Positions 29,701 through 38,781 of a DNA stretch of 64,000 bases are shown piece after piece. Position 1 is the first letter of the stretch, and every line of letters begins with the position of its first letter. This DNA comes from a virus. Lineage: Duplodnaviria; Caudoviricetes. The stretch lies in the IMG/VR virus record IMGVR_UViG_3300021978_000001, positions 64,001 through 128,000 of that record. One strand, 5' to 3'. A program made the position numbers and the translations under genes. The notes below the pieces were generated by a model, which was given only the letters and a program-made list of their open reading frames with translations, ran no database searches and was not told where the DNA came from.

Positions 29701-30298
29701 GTGACGCACCCTCTGCAATATCATCAGGCTTCCTGACGACCGTCACCAGCTCCCCGGGGGTCGCGGTAAGGGTCGAAGGTAGGGTGAGCGTGTAGAGGCC
29801 CCTGGAGAGTTCTGTGAGGCTCGTGGTGAGTGTGTTCGCTACCGTAGCACCATTGAGGTAGGTATCGACAGCGATGTCTTCGAGCGTGGCGCCCGTAACT
29901 GGAATCCCATCACGCTCAAGCTCGACGAGGAAGGCGCGTTCGCTGTTCTGCGCGATGTCCAACCCGTATACTTCGCTCTCGGGTGGAACAGGCTCACCCA
30001 CCTGGAAGGTGTCCGTGTACTGCGCGACACCCGAGCCCCCGACCTCGGTGATGACGAAGACAAACTCACCTCGCTCATCCAACTCATCGGCGGTAAAGTC
30101 CACCTCGTAGATGCCCGGCATGTTGGTAGCATCGACTTCTCGAAAGTTTGTACCGTCGAGGGTCTTTTGTGTCGCAGGGCCACCGTCCTTGCGGTAGTAC
30201 AGCGCGACATCAGCAGCAACAAGCGCCGTCAATGGCGCTCCGGCTGCATCGACGAGCAGCACAGTCACGGTATCAGGTTGAGCGAGCACGCGCAGCAT
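26792..30298 (-). CDS. Virion appendage with BNR/Asp-box (YCF48-like) beta-propellers
   Basis: Repeated Asp-boxes (YTTDGGDTF, YTDDAGTSW, RTDDGGASW, YTSDGGQSF) and ADIQGAGF..TDSL repeats. Confidence 0.88.
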   Translation of the reverse strand: MLRVLAQPDTVTVLLVDAAGAPLTALVAADVALYYRKDGGPATQKTLDGTNFREVDATNMPGIYEVDFTADELDERGEFVFVITEVGGSGVAQYTDTFQVGEPVPPESEVYGLDIAQNSERAFLVELERDGIPVTGATLEDIAVDTYLNGATVANTLTTSLTELSRGLYTLTLPSTLTATPGELVTVVRKPDDIAEGASLSGYPGTDATDIYAVKPAGGDVIVIVTDNNIFTAVDNVYISRDRSGTYEQLTFNQNGGATVTSTGVDGDETDADKFVICGYEPAGTQAAVYYTTDGGDTFTETFHGGPQTVDTVRKISVANGDSSYFLLAQATTTAYVFKGSFFGGTFSTVATLANTTLYDVSSFQFNRVVVVGQTAGAGEIRFTTDGNTFNSPTTLPAVAELRGVDMERGGLAGFACGLSGTVLYTTDGGDNWVDQTGVTGTVEDLYAVYTLDANTAYVVGDNGTVIYTDDAGTSWSAPTPLVGFTALNLHSTYYADQALFSQADGEGVVYEEGKTFAQIDETRFRFQISATDTAPALLATLQATLDAELSRQRPAYGIPQSTAHTIAVYLSNQGQANTGIAGGAVTSLLFKAGTSTANTINTTLTELNDVVLPGWYSLTLSASDTDTLGDLVVDLRGGGLAVTFAGEQADPGGSADAGASVYAQSSLRAFIARLNGATGASVITTSDGGDTWVDTGGVTFEDTAVSGIEGTDFVIVGGADSGAPVVAYSDNDGASYTQATEGSFTVFNRVEDLDAASDRIVYVVAAGYVLKLDRDDNPTNLAIPYSPGDVGGGGELFYGVSAVTTDVAVAVGEDGASQDFIIRTDDGGASWALITLPGTPGTLRDIDFVDGTQVGWTVGNGGIIFYTSDGGQSFTAQTSGVVADLFSVVAVSTDVAWVAGDNTILYTDDGGDTWQTDSTVQTALAGVTGTPVFNSGDEAEGTLWFTGQADSDVLIFQIQAASANLDPVSLRFNVDTPVDLAPITSSLADIQGAGFNTATDSLEVLRDTIDTNNTTQTTTLTAIQGAGFDTGTDSLSVQSATLADIQGATFSSGTDSLEALRDAIDGQSADITAIEGEVTAQTAQITQLQTDLDDITTTLARILGLSQENLRISGHTYDASGNLTAATIRIYPTAQDVVDETNVIAAYALVASYDVSGRLIDYQFRRA

Positions 30299-30394
30299 TG
30301 ATGTCTCCACAAGTAAACCAAAGAAAGCCTTTACCGGCTCCCCTGGTTTATAAGTGGATTCTTATCGCGTCTGACGCCCCGCCAGCCGAGCCAA

Positions 30395-30940
30395 TCAGCC
30401 CAGGCGCACGTCGAGCGCGTAGTGGAAACGGAAGGTGTATTCAGTGGGCAGGACGTCCACCGTCGAAGGGCGGCTGTATTGGTTCAGAATAGTGACCACC
30501 ATGCTTTGAAACTCGCGCGCTTCCTTGGTGAGCTTGCCTGGAGACGTTGCGAGGGCCACTGGAGCCGCCTTGATGGTGACACCGTAGTTGGGCGTCCCAC
30601 GCTGGCCTGTGCGATCCACCACGGCGATCTTGGTACCTTTGGGGAGGCGGCCATCCTTGACGGCGCGCTTGAACTCCGCGTTCATCTCCGCCGCCAGCTC
30701 GAAAGAAGAGAGCATCGCGGTTTCAGCATACTTGGTCCCGTACAGATCACGGAACGCTTGCCCTTCCTGGCCAAAGCTCTGGCGCTCTTGCCCCGAAGCG
30801 ATCTTGCGGTCAATCTCTGCTGCTGCGGCACCTGCCGAGCGTCCTCGAAAGGTGAGGTCGCCTGTGATGCACCAGGGGCGCTCGGAGTCATCGGTGCAGT
30901 AAAAGGTGTGTTGGCGGTAGAGGTGCTTTTGCGTCGTCAT
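30395..30940 (-). CDS. Hypothetical protein, LPD29-like C-terminal half
   Basis: Aligns by eye with 31433..31834 (FKRAVKDGRLPKGTKI vs IRAAIKKGDLPKIKV). Confidence 0.6.
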   Translation of the reverse strand: MTTQKHLYRQHTFYCTDDSERPWCITGDLTFRGRSAGAAAAEIDRKIASGQERQSFGQEGQAFRDLYGTKYAETAMLSSFELAAEMNAEFKRAVKDGRLPKGTKIAVVDRTGQRGTPNYGVTIKAAPVALATSPGKLTKEAREFQSMVVTILNQYSRPSTVDVLPTEYTFRFHYALDVRLG

Positions 30941-30983
30941 GATGTCCTTCCTTTTCTTCCAGGGTTCGTGTTCCGTGTGTCGC

Positions 30984-31262
30984 TCAGGCATCGAGTTGAG
31001 CGTCGATGTATGCCTTCATTCGCTTGAGGCTCGAATGGTTCGAGTAAGGTTCTCCAGCGATGTTCCAGGGGCTTGGGCTGTGCTCCTGCTTGTAGATCCT
31101 CTTTCCACGGTAGTGCCAGAAGCTCTCGCCCGTCCAATCCGTCACCTTGACCGTTCCTGCGCTCATGCGAACCGTTCCGCCTTGTTCGATGTCCTCGATC
31201 ACGCTGTCGAGAATTGCTGGGGTGATGTGCTGGAGGTACTTGTCTGCGATTTGGTTCGTCAT
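30984..31262 (-). CDS. Hypothetical early protein, paralog of 42758..43045
   Basis: Shared RMSAGTVKVT motif. Confidence 0.75.
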   Translation of the reverse strand: MTNQIADKYLQHITPAILDSVIEDIEQGGTVRMSAGTVKVTDWTGESFWHYRGKRIYKQEHSPSPWNIAGEPYSNHSSLKRMKAYIDAQLDA

Positions 31263-31320
31263 GGGATGCCTCTCTATCGTATCGTGCCGTGTTGTTGTCG
31301 TCTTCTGTTCCGTACACTTA

Positions 31321-31349
31321 CTGATACCATAAGGGTTAGGGGGCGTAAA
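31321..31349 (-). promoter_or_regulatory. Sigma70-like early promoter (TTTACG-17-TATCAG, extended TG); representative of at least 11 copies
   Basis: Same 29-bp architecture at 22083, 31888, 32280, 34965, 43101, 43972, 44660, 45722, 49422, 58570. Confidence 0.85.
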
Positions 31350-31364
31350 AACTTTCTCACAGAA

Positions 31365-31408
31365 AAAACGAAGAAAGCCCGCAATGCCTTGTAGCATGCG
31401 GGCTTCGG
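31365..31408 (-). terminator. Rho-independent terminator
   Basis: GCCCGCA/TGCGGGC stem followed by TTTCTTCGTTTTTT on the minus strand. Confidence 0.7.
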
Positions 31409-31432
31409 GAGGTTTCTTTTTTCGAGCTGGTG

Positions 31433-31834
31433 TCAGCAGCGGTGCGAAACATGGGAGTAGAAGCGGACGTGAAAGTAGTCTGTTTGGATGTCGCTACCAT
31501 CGAAGTTGTACGCCTTGACGATGGCTTCGAGGATGTCCTCGACCCTGGAGGCTTCTTTCGTGTAGCGCTTCCAGTCTTCACCAAAGGAAAGCTCTTCCTC
31601 GGTGGGGTCACGCATGACCTCGTAAGGTGCTTCCTTGACCGTGACATCGAGGCTCTGGCCACCGGAGTAGCGCGAGATCTTCGCGCTGACCTTGATCTTG
31701 GGGAGGTCACCCTTCTTGATCGCGGCGCGGATGTCCTTGCGGACGAGCTTGGCGATCTCTGCGATGTCGAGGTCCTTGGTTTCTGCGTACTTGTTGCCGT
31801 AAGCGACGGTGTAATCTGGAGCTGCGATCGTCAT
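31433..31834 (-). CDS. LPD29 (large polyvalent protein-associated domain 29)-like protein
   Basis: EIAKLVRKDI...SRYSGGQSLDV...YNFDGSDIQTDYFHVRFY pattern. Confidence 0.75.
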   Translation of the reverse strand: MTIAAPDYTVAYGNKYAETKDLDIAEIAKLVRKDIRAAIKKGDLPKIKVSAKISRYSGGQSLDVTVKEAPYEVMRDPTEEELSFGEDWKRYTKEASRVEDILEAIVKAYNFDGSDIQTDYFHVRFYSHVSHRC

Positions 31835-31918
31835 GATGTCCTTCCTTATCTCTTGTCCGTGGTGTTGTCGTCTTGTCCGTACACCTCTTGTTACCACAAG
31901 GTATAGAGGGCGTAAAAG

Positions 31919-32242
31919 TTATTTGCCCAGATTCAGAAAAAAAGCATCGGTGCGCCGCCGAACCGCATTCGCGGCGATGACCTGACGCTCCCACTCACGC
32001 TCCAGGACACCGACCGCCTCACACCACTGCTCGGGCGTCTCGGGGACTTGTCCATACTCGTTAGCATAGAACGCGCTCGCTTGAGATACGAGGTAAGGCG
32101 CGGGTGTCCCGGGACAGAGCTTGAGCATGCGGCGCGCGCAGATCTGGAAATACTCGCGGCAATCCCCCATACCGACGATGGCTGGGTTGTTACGAGGCTC
32201 GTGGCGGACGGATTCGAGGAGGGTCTGATAACGGGTAGGCAT
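31919..32242 (-). CDS. Hypothetical protein
   Basis: ORF behind promoter at 32280. Confidence 0.7.
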   Translation of the reverse strand: MPTRYQTLLESVRHEPRNNPAIVGMGDCREYFQICARRMLKLCPGTPAPYLVSQASAFYANEYGQVPETPEQWCEAVGVLEREWERQVIAANAVRRRTDAFFLNLGK

Positions 32243-32392
32243 GATGTGGTCTCCCTTGTGTGTTAAACGCTACACGTAAGGTATACCACAAAAGGAGAGG
32301 GGCGTAAATAAAAAGGCCCCACCTGCACCCACGCAGGTAAGGCCCCTCCAAGTCAGGACGTGCCCGACTCAGGCCATAATCTAAGCACGTGA

Positions 32393-32710
32393 TCAGTTCA
32401 AGGAAGGCATCTGGCGCATCATCGAGTCATCTTCGTCGAGCATCTGCGCGAACATTTCATAAGCGTCGTCGATGTGCCCGAGGTTCTCCTCAGAGAGAAA
32501 CTTGTGCGTCTTGTGTTTCCCATCAGGTCCGATAGTGAGCAGCTCGTTCTTGTTCGGGAGGCACTGGAGCGCTACACCAGGGGGGACCATCACGAGACGT
32601 TCATACTCGGGTCCGAGGTCTTCGAGAGGAATCACGACCAAATCCCTGGAAGTGTTCTCCCACACAGGATGCTCGATGTCCTTGATAAAGCGCCATTGCA
32701 CAGGTGTCAT
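32393..32710 (-). CDS. Hypothetical protein
   Basis: ORF in operon. Confidence 0.7.
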   Translation of the reverse strand: MTPVQWRFIKDIEHPVWENTSRDLVVIPLEDLGPEYERLVMVPPGVALQCLPNKNELLTIGPDGKHKTHKFLSEENLGHIDDAYEMFAQMLDEDDSMMRQMPSLN

Positions 32711-32712
32711 GG

Positions 32713-33465
32713 TTACTCCAGGTAAGTGCGCGCCTCCGTGTCTGTCAAGACCTGGAGGCTATACGTGTGTAGCTTGTGGCGTGGTTCGATAACCTCGATC
32801 CCCTCATCGGTATGCTCGACCACTGCCAGGTGTGTATCTTCCATCAGGAGATAGCTGCTCAAAGGCACAGCCTCGGGAGGGATACTTCGATCCCCTCGTG
32901 TGTACCTCCAATCAGAAAGGATATAAGCCTGTTTTGAGTCTTCCTCGAACGCGCGCACGAGCTTGTATCTCGATTGCCCGATCACCACCGCCTCCGGGTC
33001 CTTCTCAGGGAAGCCCACGCTCGTGGCGCTCAAGGTTACCATACCTTCGTCAAAGAGCGAGTAAAAGGGGCGAGAGTAGAACTTGGGCGGGGGGTGCGGC
33101 AAGGGTTGCTTCCCATCCAGGAGCCTCGCCAGGAGTGATGAATGGTCTGCATCCACGAAGAAGGAGTACCAGGACTTGGGCCACGTGTCCTCTGGGGCAC
33201 GGTCCCGCAAGGCAAACTCATAGGTGCGGCATTCGAGCCAGGAACACACCGCGTTGACAAGCTGACCTGCCTCATCCGGTGTGAAGGGTTCGAGGTCTGC
33301 GAGCCTTTCGATCTCGCCTGCTGCCATCACCTCGCGTGCATGATCCAGCGCATCCATCAATGCCTCGCGTAACTCCTCTTGCGGGGGGAAAGGAGTGAGA
33401 GCATCCATCGCGCTCGCATACATCACTTGTTGCAAGGCTTTCAGGGCGTTACTTGCCTGTCTCAT
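32713..33465 (-). CDS. Hypothetical protein
   Basis: GAGG RBS before ATG at 33465; start uncertain. Confidence 0.65.
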   Translation of the reverse strand: MRQASNALKALQQVMYASAMDALTPFPPQEELREALMDALDHAREVMAAGEIERLADLEPFTPDEAGQLVNAVCSWLECRTYEFALRDRAPEDTWPKSWYSFFVDADHSSLLARLLDGKQPLPHPPPKFYSRPFYSLFDEGMVTLSATSVGFPEKDPEAVVIGQSRYKLVRAFEEDSKQAYILSDWRYTRGDRSIPPEAVPLSSYLLMEDTHLAVVEHTDEGIEVIEPRHKLHTYSLQVLTDTEARTYLE

Positions 33466-33496
33466 CGAAGTCCTCATGTCGGTTATGAGTTGGAGG

Positions 33497-34594
33497 TTAT
33501 AGGGTCGCATCCATCGGAATGTATTCGCCTTCGCTTTCCGGGTTGGCGCGCATCTTCGCCAGATACTTTCGGTACGCCTCGACACGTTGCTCGCATCGAG
33601 AAGCAGCCTGCTTTTCGATGTAGTAATCTTGTGTGCTCATGTAGTCGTGGTCTTTCCCATCATCCACAGGGAGGTTGATATGCCAGGGCACCTCTCCCAT
33701 CAACACGAGACGCTCACCAAAACGACCCCACAGGTACGACGCACACTCTCGACACTTGAGCCGGATTGAAGCCTCAGAGCCACGCGTTGCTGCCAGATGC
33801 AATGCCTCCCAGCCCGCAGACAACCAATCATCCTCCACGTCGTCAGGCATCATCCAGATGTTGCACGGCTTGGAGAAGGGGTAGACACGGAGCCAGCCGT
33901 CTGGCAAGGGGAGCGGGCGGGGCTGCGTGTCATACCAGGAACTCAGACCGATCCCATAGTAACGTTCCGAGGTGTCCTTGACGTGTTGGATGAGGGTATC
34001 ATCATCCGGGATGCCCGCGATAGTCGAGGGTCGCCACCACAAACGTTCGAGGTTGCACCAGGTTTCCAAGGTCTTCTCGATCATCGAGGAAACCTTATTT
34101 CCTTCCCTCTCGTCATGCTCTCTCATGGCTGCCTCGTGCCGCACGTACTCCTCTCGAAGCTGGCGCGAACCCTCCACCACATCTTCCATCGCGATCAGGG
34201 AGACGTCTCTGGGGACAAGCTGGCCATCGAGCCACTCGATACCATTGCCCAGGGTAAAGAAGAGGTGGTCGAGGACGCTCCATCGCGTGGGGCTGATTCC
34301 GGGGTATGCGCGAAAGCTGTACTGCATCTTCCACTCGACCGTGAACGGCTTTTTCTGTTGCAATACGATCCAACGTCGCCCAAGCTCGAAGGCTTCTGCT
34401 CTCGTAGAAGCGTACCCCGCCGTATAGTGCTCGACCGAGCCTTGCCCGTAACAATCAGGGGGATCTTCTTTCGACCCCCAATGGTAGGTGTACCCTTTGG
34501 GATAGGACACTTCGATGTAGCAACGATAGTGGTCCTCGCTGTAGTCTTCGGTGTGTATCGTGTAACGCCCGTGCTTTTCTGATTCAGTGGCCAT
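33497..34594 (-). CDS. Hypothetical protein
   Basis: GGGGAG RBS; 365 aa. Confidence 0.7.
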   Translation of the reverse strand: MATESEKHGRYTIHTEDYSEDHYRCYIEVSYPKGYTYHWGSKEDPPDCYGQGSVEHYTAGYASTRAEAFELGRRWIVLQQKKPFTVEWKMQYSFRAYPGISPTRWSVLDHLFFTLGNGIEWLDGQLVPRDVSLIAMEDVVEGSRQLREEYVRHEAAMREHDEREGNKVSSMIEKTLETWCNLERLWWRPSTIAGIPDDDTLIQHVKDTSERYYGIGLSSWYDTQPRPLPLPDGWLRVYPFSKPCNIWMMPDDVEDDWLSAGWEALHLAATRGSEASIRLKCRECASYLWGRFGERLVLMGEVPWHINLPVDDGKDHDYMSTQDYYIEKQAASRCEQRVEAYRKYLAKMRANPESEGEYIPMDATL

Positions 34595-34640
34595 GGCTCC
34601 CCCTTGCATAGTCTAGTGAGGCGAGGAAATGGAAAACAGG

Positions 34641-34931
34641 TCAAGACTTGGGCGACAGCGCGAACTGTATGCCGGTCCTGTCTGGGTTCATATCGGTCTG
34701 AACCTCGACATGCCACTCCAAACCTTCGAGGTAAGCCTTGAGCGCGTCTACGTCAGATTGATAGATGCCGGTGAGGTACAGGGGAAACTCTGTACTTGCT
34801 TCGATCACCAGCTCCAACTCGCGCATGTAACGGTCGATGGTCTCTTGCTCTTGTCGTTTGGCTTCCGCACGCTTTTGTGCGTGGACCGCTGCAACGTCAT
34901 CGGGTGTCCAGGGCATAAAAAACCTCCTCAT
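34641..34931 (-). CDS. Hypothetical protein
   Basis: GAGGAGG RBS behind promoter at 34965. Confidence 0.7.
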   Translation of the reverse strand: MRRFFMPWTPDDVAAVHAQKRAEAKRQEQETIDRYMRELELVIEASTEFPLYLTGIYQSDVDALKAYLEGLEWHVEVQTDMNPDRTGIQFALSPKS

Positions 34932-35012
34932 GTTGTCGTGTCGTCTTCGAGTGACTGTCCACTCTTGTTACCACAACATAAGGAGGCTGTAAACCTAAAA
35001 ATCAGCGGCCCA

Positions 35013-35708
35013 TCAAGGCGTGCTTTGCGATGCGTCTTGCGCATCTGCATTCGAGGTGTTGTTCGCGTTCGCGAGGCGGTCGGTCTCCTGCTTCACCTCC
35101 TCATCGGAGATGTTGTAGCCGCCACCCTTACGCCACGCACGCACGGCGCTGGAGTTGGCGCTGTAGAGCGCGCGAGCACCATCACTGCTCGCCTCATAGT
35201 TCGCGGAGAAATTGATGTTGAGGTCTTGCGCAGCGGCGTGTGCATCCATGTTCGCAGCAAGGAAGACAAACTTCCAGTTGTACTTGTCCTGCTGGTGCTC
35301 GATCATCTCGCTCACCTGCTGCTGCGTGTATTCCCTGGACGAGTTCTCCGCACCGTCCGTGATGATCACGACCATCACACGACCAGGACGCTCTGCTTCC
35401 TCCATGGCGCGGTAACGCTCTCCCATGGAGTCGATCGCGCCTCCCACCGCATCGTAAAGCGCCGTACCCCCCGAGCAGCGATAAAGCGCTTCGGTCAACG
35501 GCTCAAGCGCCTGCACATCGCTCAAAGGGTACAGCTCGGTTACCTCCGTGTTGAACGTGATCACACCCAGACTACAGTCATCCGCGTCTTCCTCTTGCTG
35601 CTCCGAGAGGAAGCTGTTGAACCCTTCGATGGCATCAATCTTGATGCGGTTCATCGAACCTGAAGCATCGAGCACACACATGATCTCGGTCTTGTTCTCG
35701 TTTGGCAT
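35013..35708 (-). CDS. vWA domain protein
   Basis: MIDAS motif VLDASGSM, GGTALYDA, IITDG. Confidence 0.92.
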   Translation of the reverse strand: MPNENKTEIMCVLDASGSMNRIKIDAIEGFNSFLSEQQEEDADDCSLGVITFNTEVTELYPLSDVQALEPLTEALYRCSGGTALYDAVGGAIDSMGERYRAMEEAERPGRVMVVIITDGAENSSREYTQQQVSEMIEHQQDKYNWKFVFLAANMDAHAAAQDLNINFSANYEASSDGARALYSANSSAVRAWRKGGGYNISDEEVKQETDRLANANNTSNADAQDASQSTP

Positions 35709-35840
35709 GTAGACTCCTTTGTGGTTGTACAAGTACGATCTGCCATAAAAAAGGGCACCTCCCCTATGGGGGTGCCCATCGGTCAGCTCAGTGTACCCGA
35801 GCCGCGCGCTCACGTCTATATGTGTTTTGTGTTTTGAGAG

Positions 35841-35929
35841 AAGAGGGTAGGGGACTCGAACCCCTGTACCGCACTCAAGCGATGCCTCACCGTTCCAAGG
35901 TGGCCGTTTACCAACTCACGCAACCCTCC
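35841..35929 (-). tRNA. tRNA-Ser(GGA)
   Basis: Cloverleaf with loop TTGGAAC and long variable arm; no encoded CCA. Confidence 0.85.
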
Positions 35930-35979
35930 GCGTGAGATTGAAAACCCACAACATAGCGGTGATATTCCTGGTGCGAGGC

Positions 35980-36216
35980 TTACTGGCTACGTGACTTGAG
36001 ATCACGATACGCCGCGAGCGCATCACGAAGGCCCATGGTGTGGTTTCCCGACCCAGGTTTCGAGGTATACAACTCGAAGCCATTGCGACACACCGCGTAG
36101 AAGGGCAAGCGTTCCTTGATGTACTCGCACCGCCAGACCTCTTCCCCGTCTTCAAGCGTTTGAATCCGGGTGGCGTAAAGGTCATCGCGCTCATTGATCT
36201 TCCTGGCAACTTGCAT
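35980..36216 (-). CDS. Hypothetical protein
   Basis: AGAGGG RBS; 78 aa. Confidence 0.65.
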   Translation of the reverse strand: MQVARKINERDDLYATRIQTLEDGEEVWRCEYIKERLPFYAVCRNGFELYTSKPGSGNHTMGLRDALAAYRDLKSRSQ

Positions 36217-36293
36217 GGGTTATCCCTCTTGTGATGCTGAGTTGGCGTGCTACATTGAGATACAGCTATAGATACCCCAACACACTGTTACCG

Positions 36294-36668
36294 TCAAGAT
36301 TTATCTTCGAGCGAAGACGCCTCCTGCGCGGCGTTTGCGAGGCGCTGCGCCTGGGAAAGCTCGACGCGCACCTGTTGGTACTGATTGTCTCGACGGCGCC
36401 AGAGCCACGCAGGGATGCCTGTATATTGGAACAGGCGCAGGCACACTTCGTCACTCAACACAGCTTCCCCCGCGAGGATGCGCTTGATGTACGCGAGTTC
36501 GATATGCGTCTTGGTGGCGAACTGCTCCTGGGTGATGTATGTCTTCTGCAAATATTCATGCAGCATGTCACCCGGGCACTGGACATGCTCGTTTTTATAG
36601 GTGCGCTCCCGATCACGATCATCATGATTGGCGAACCCACTTGCATCCACATTCTTTTCGCGTGCCAT
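36294..36668 (-). CDS. HigA-like HTH antitoxin (orphan)
   Basis: CPGDMLHEYL..ITQEQFA..RILAG...LRL..TG.PA.LW, the HigA/VapI pattern. Confidence 0.82.
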   Translation of the reverse strand: MAREKNVDASGFANHDDRDRERTYKNEHVQCPGDMLHEYLQKTYITQEQFATKTHIELAYIKRILAGEAVLSDEVCLRLFQYTGIPAWLWRRRDNQYQQVRVELSQAQRLANAAQEASSLEDKS

Positions 36669-36669
36669 A

Positions 36670-37440
36670 TTACTTCCTCTTGGTCAGGGTAGATAACTCT
36701 TCTGGAGTAAACAACGGAGTGAGCCCGAGGTCTTCGCGAGTCCACATGCAGACAGTGTGGTAGTCTTCACAGATCTCCTCTTCAGGAGCGAGCCACCCCC
36801 ACACGTGACAGGAAGCGTGACTCCACATGACATCGAGACCTGGTGCGTTATGGTAAAACCACTGAAACATCTCGGTCCGGGACTCCGCGCCACAGAACTC
36901 CTGTTCGACCTGCTCGATGACTTCCATAATCGAAACGGTCTCACCCTCGAACTCGATAGAGACGCCATCTGCTGGTTTCTCAGCGAGCAAGAGCACCAGA
37001 CGCAGCTCACCCTCGCCATCCTCTGCGATCGTAAATTCACGTCGGATCGCGAGCACACGCTCACCCAATACCTCGAAGAACCTCGCCGCCAGTTGACGGT
37101 CCGCGCCTTCGTATCCCGAATGAGCCCATTCGATTTGAGCATAACGGAGTTGAGATGAAAGCACCACCAAAGTGTTCATCGACACGCGATGAAAGATGCC
37201 CTGGTCATCCACGATATGAAACCGATTGGTGGTCTCGTCATGCATCCAGACCATACCTTCACTAAGCTCGACATCACGCACAGACAACCTCCTCTTCGGG
37301 CCGGGAATCAACTCGGGCTTGAGCGCCCCCAGGCGACGCATACGATGCTCCTGTAGTGTCGCGTGAGCATAGATCATCGCCAGAAGCAAAAAGATCCCCA
37401 CGCCACCTGTCATCACGCCCATAAGGAAGGCAATATTCAC
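36670..37440 (-). CDS. Hypothetical membrane-anchored protein
   Basis: N-terminal TM; GTG start after GGGAG. Confidence 0.7.
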   Translation of the reverse strand: MNIAFLMGVMTGGVGIFLLLAMIYAHATLQEHRMRRLGALKPELIPGPKRRLSVRDVELSEGMVWMHDETTNRFHIVDDQGIFHRVSMNTLVVLSSQLRYAQIEWAHSGYEGADRQLAARFFEVLGERVLAIRREFTIAEDGEGELRLVLLLAEKPADGVSIEFEGETVSIMEVIEQVEQEFCGAESRTEMFQWFYHNAPGLDVMWSHASCHVWGWLAPEEEICEDYHTVCMWTREDLGLTPLFTPEELSTLTKRK

Positions 37441-37472
37441 GGCCAAACTCCCACTTCATTCCGGGTTGCTTC

Positions 37473-37745
37473 CTAACTGCGGTTCAGCGGATCATCCACG
37501 ACCGGGATGAACTTCTTGTGCAGGTCACGCTCGATAAGCAAGCGCAACACATCCGTCGCGCAGGACATCGCCGCCCATACATCCTCGGATGTAAGCTGCG
37601 GCATCTCTTCCAGGATTTGTTCGAGTGTCCAACCACTGGAAAGCAGCGACAGGATGAACTCCACGCTAACGCGCGTCCCCTGAATCGTCGGACGGCCATT
37701 CAACACAGCCTTATTCGATACAATACGCTTTCGCCAGTCTTGCAC
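37473..37745 (-). CDS. DUF433 antitoxin-like protein (the only TAG-terminated gene found)
   Basis: RIVS...LNGRPTIQGTRVSVEFIL..LSSG.T.EQILEE.P.L. Confidence 0.9.
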   Translation of the reverse strand: MQDWRKRIVSNKAVLNGRPTIQGTRVSVEFILSLLSSGWTLEQILEEMPQLTSEDVWAAMSCATDVLRLLIERDLHKKFIPVVDDPLNRS

Positions 37746-37823
37746 GTTCCACCTCGCAAATGCAACAGGAGCACACTGTCTCTGGCTAAAGCTAGAATAC
37801 CGTAGACGGGGTAAGTGGTAAAG

Positions 37824-38366
37824 TCAAGAGGTTTCTTTGGGGGGAGAAGGCGCCGTCAAGCCCATCAGATCACGACAAGTGTCACAAGCGACAAACATCC
37901 ACGATCCCCGATGCGCGCGGGAGCCATGCTGTCCGCACCATTCGCACATACAACGCGACGCTTGTTCCGCCATCAGGACGGCCCCATCGAGGCGGTCCGT
38001 GCTGTTCATCGTATAGATGCGCAGTGACCCGAGCTTGCTCTTGATGGTCGTGATCTCGAAGTCCTGCATCGGATTCTCGGGGTACTTCTCGAAGTAGGCG
38101 TTGACCCAGGTGTAGGGGTGCTGTGTCAAGTCATAACCATCTTCGAGCATACCCTCGCGGAGCTTGACGTTCTCTTGCCACCGACCATAAGCGTGATCCG
38201 CGATGGCGAGATAGCTCTCGACAAGCGGGAGCCACCCAAGCGGGGCGTACACACCCGTATCTTCCCCGAGCAGATGCGCATACTTCTCTTCGAGACGCTC
38301 GCGCCACTCCAACGCCTTTGCCTCACATTCCTGTCTAAACGCTTTCCTCTCTTCGGGCTCTTGCAT
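37824..38366 (-). CDS. Phage hypothetical protein (IKSKLGSLRIY...CEWCG...C..C)
   Basis: Motif family common in phages; putative Zn site. Confidence 0.7.
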   Translation of the reverse strand: MQEPEERKAFRQECEAKALEWRERLEEKYAHLLGEDTGVYAPLGWLPLVESYLAIADHAYGRWQENVKLREGMLEDGYDLTQHPYTWVNAYFEKYPENPMQDFEITTIKSKLGSLRIYTMNSTDRLDGAVLMAEQASRCMCEWCGQHGSRAHRGSWMFVACDTCRDLMGLTAPSPPKETS

Positions 38367-38385
38367 AGCTTATCCTCTGAGTCTG

Positions 38386-38781
38386 TTATAGGTACCAATC
38401 GACGGGAGGTAGGCCGGTCTTCTGATTGAGCGTGCCATCCCTGGGCACCCAGGCCCACTCGGGGTCCACTGTAGCAGCCGACACGCTCAAGATAAAGCCT
38501 GTGGGTGAATCTGTATCCGTTGTGACATCAGAAACAAACGCGAGGCTCTCCAGCATGCGAATGTAGTATTGGAAGTAAGGCTTGTACAGCTCCGATGCCT
38601 GGCTCTCATAGCTTTTCAGGAGATAGAGCGCATCACCATAACGAAGTCGGGGAGGATAGTTGGATGCTTCCTGCACCTGACCGATCACCTTGAGGAGATA
38701 GTCCACCTTGGCGCGCGCTTCCCGTAGCTTCTCCTCTTTGTCATGTTCTTTCTTCCAGGCACGAAAGGTGTTCTCGATCAC
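38386..38781 (-). CDS. Hypothetical protein
   Basis: Coupled ORF. Confidence 0.7.
   Translation of the reverse strand: MIENTFRAWKKEHDKEEKLREARAKVDYLLKVIGQVQEASNYPPRLRYGDALYLLKSYESQASELYKPYFQYYIRMLESLAFVSDVTTDTDSPTGFILSVSAATVDPEWAWVPRDGTLNQKTGLPPVDWYL

Noticed and set aside
6815-30298. Genome-wide TAG reassignment (genetic code 15)
   Set aside because: All large structural ORFs are open in code 11; only one gene with an internal TAG was found.
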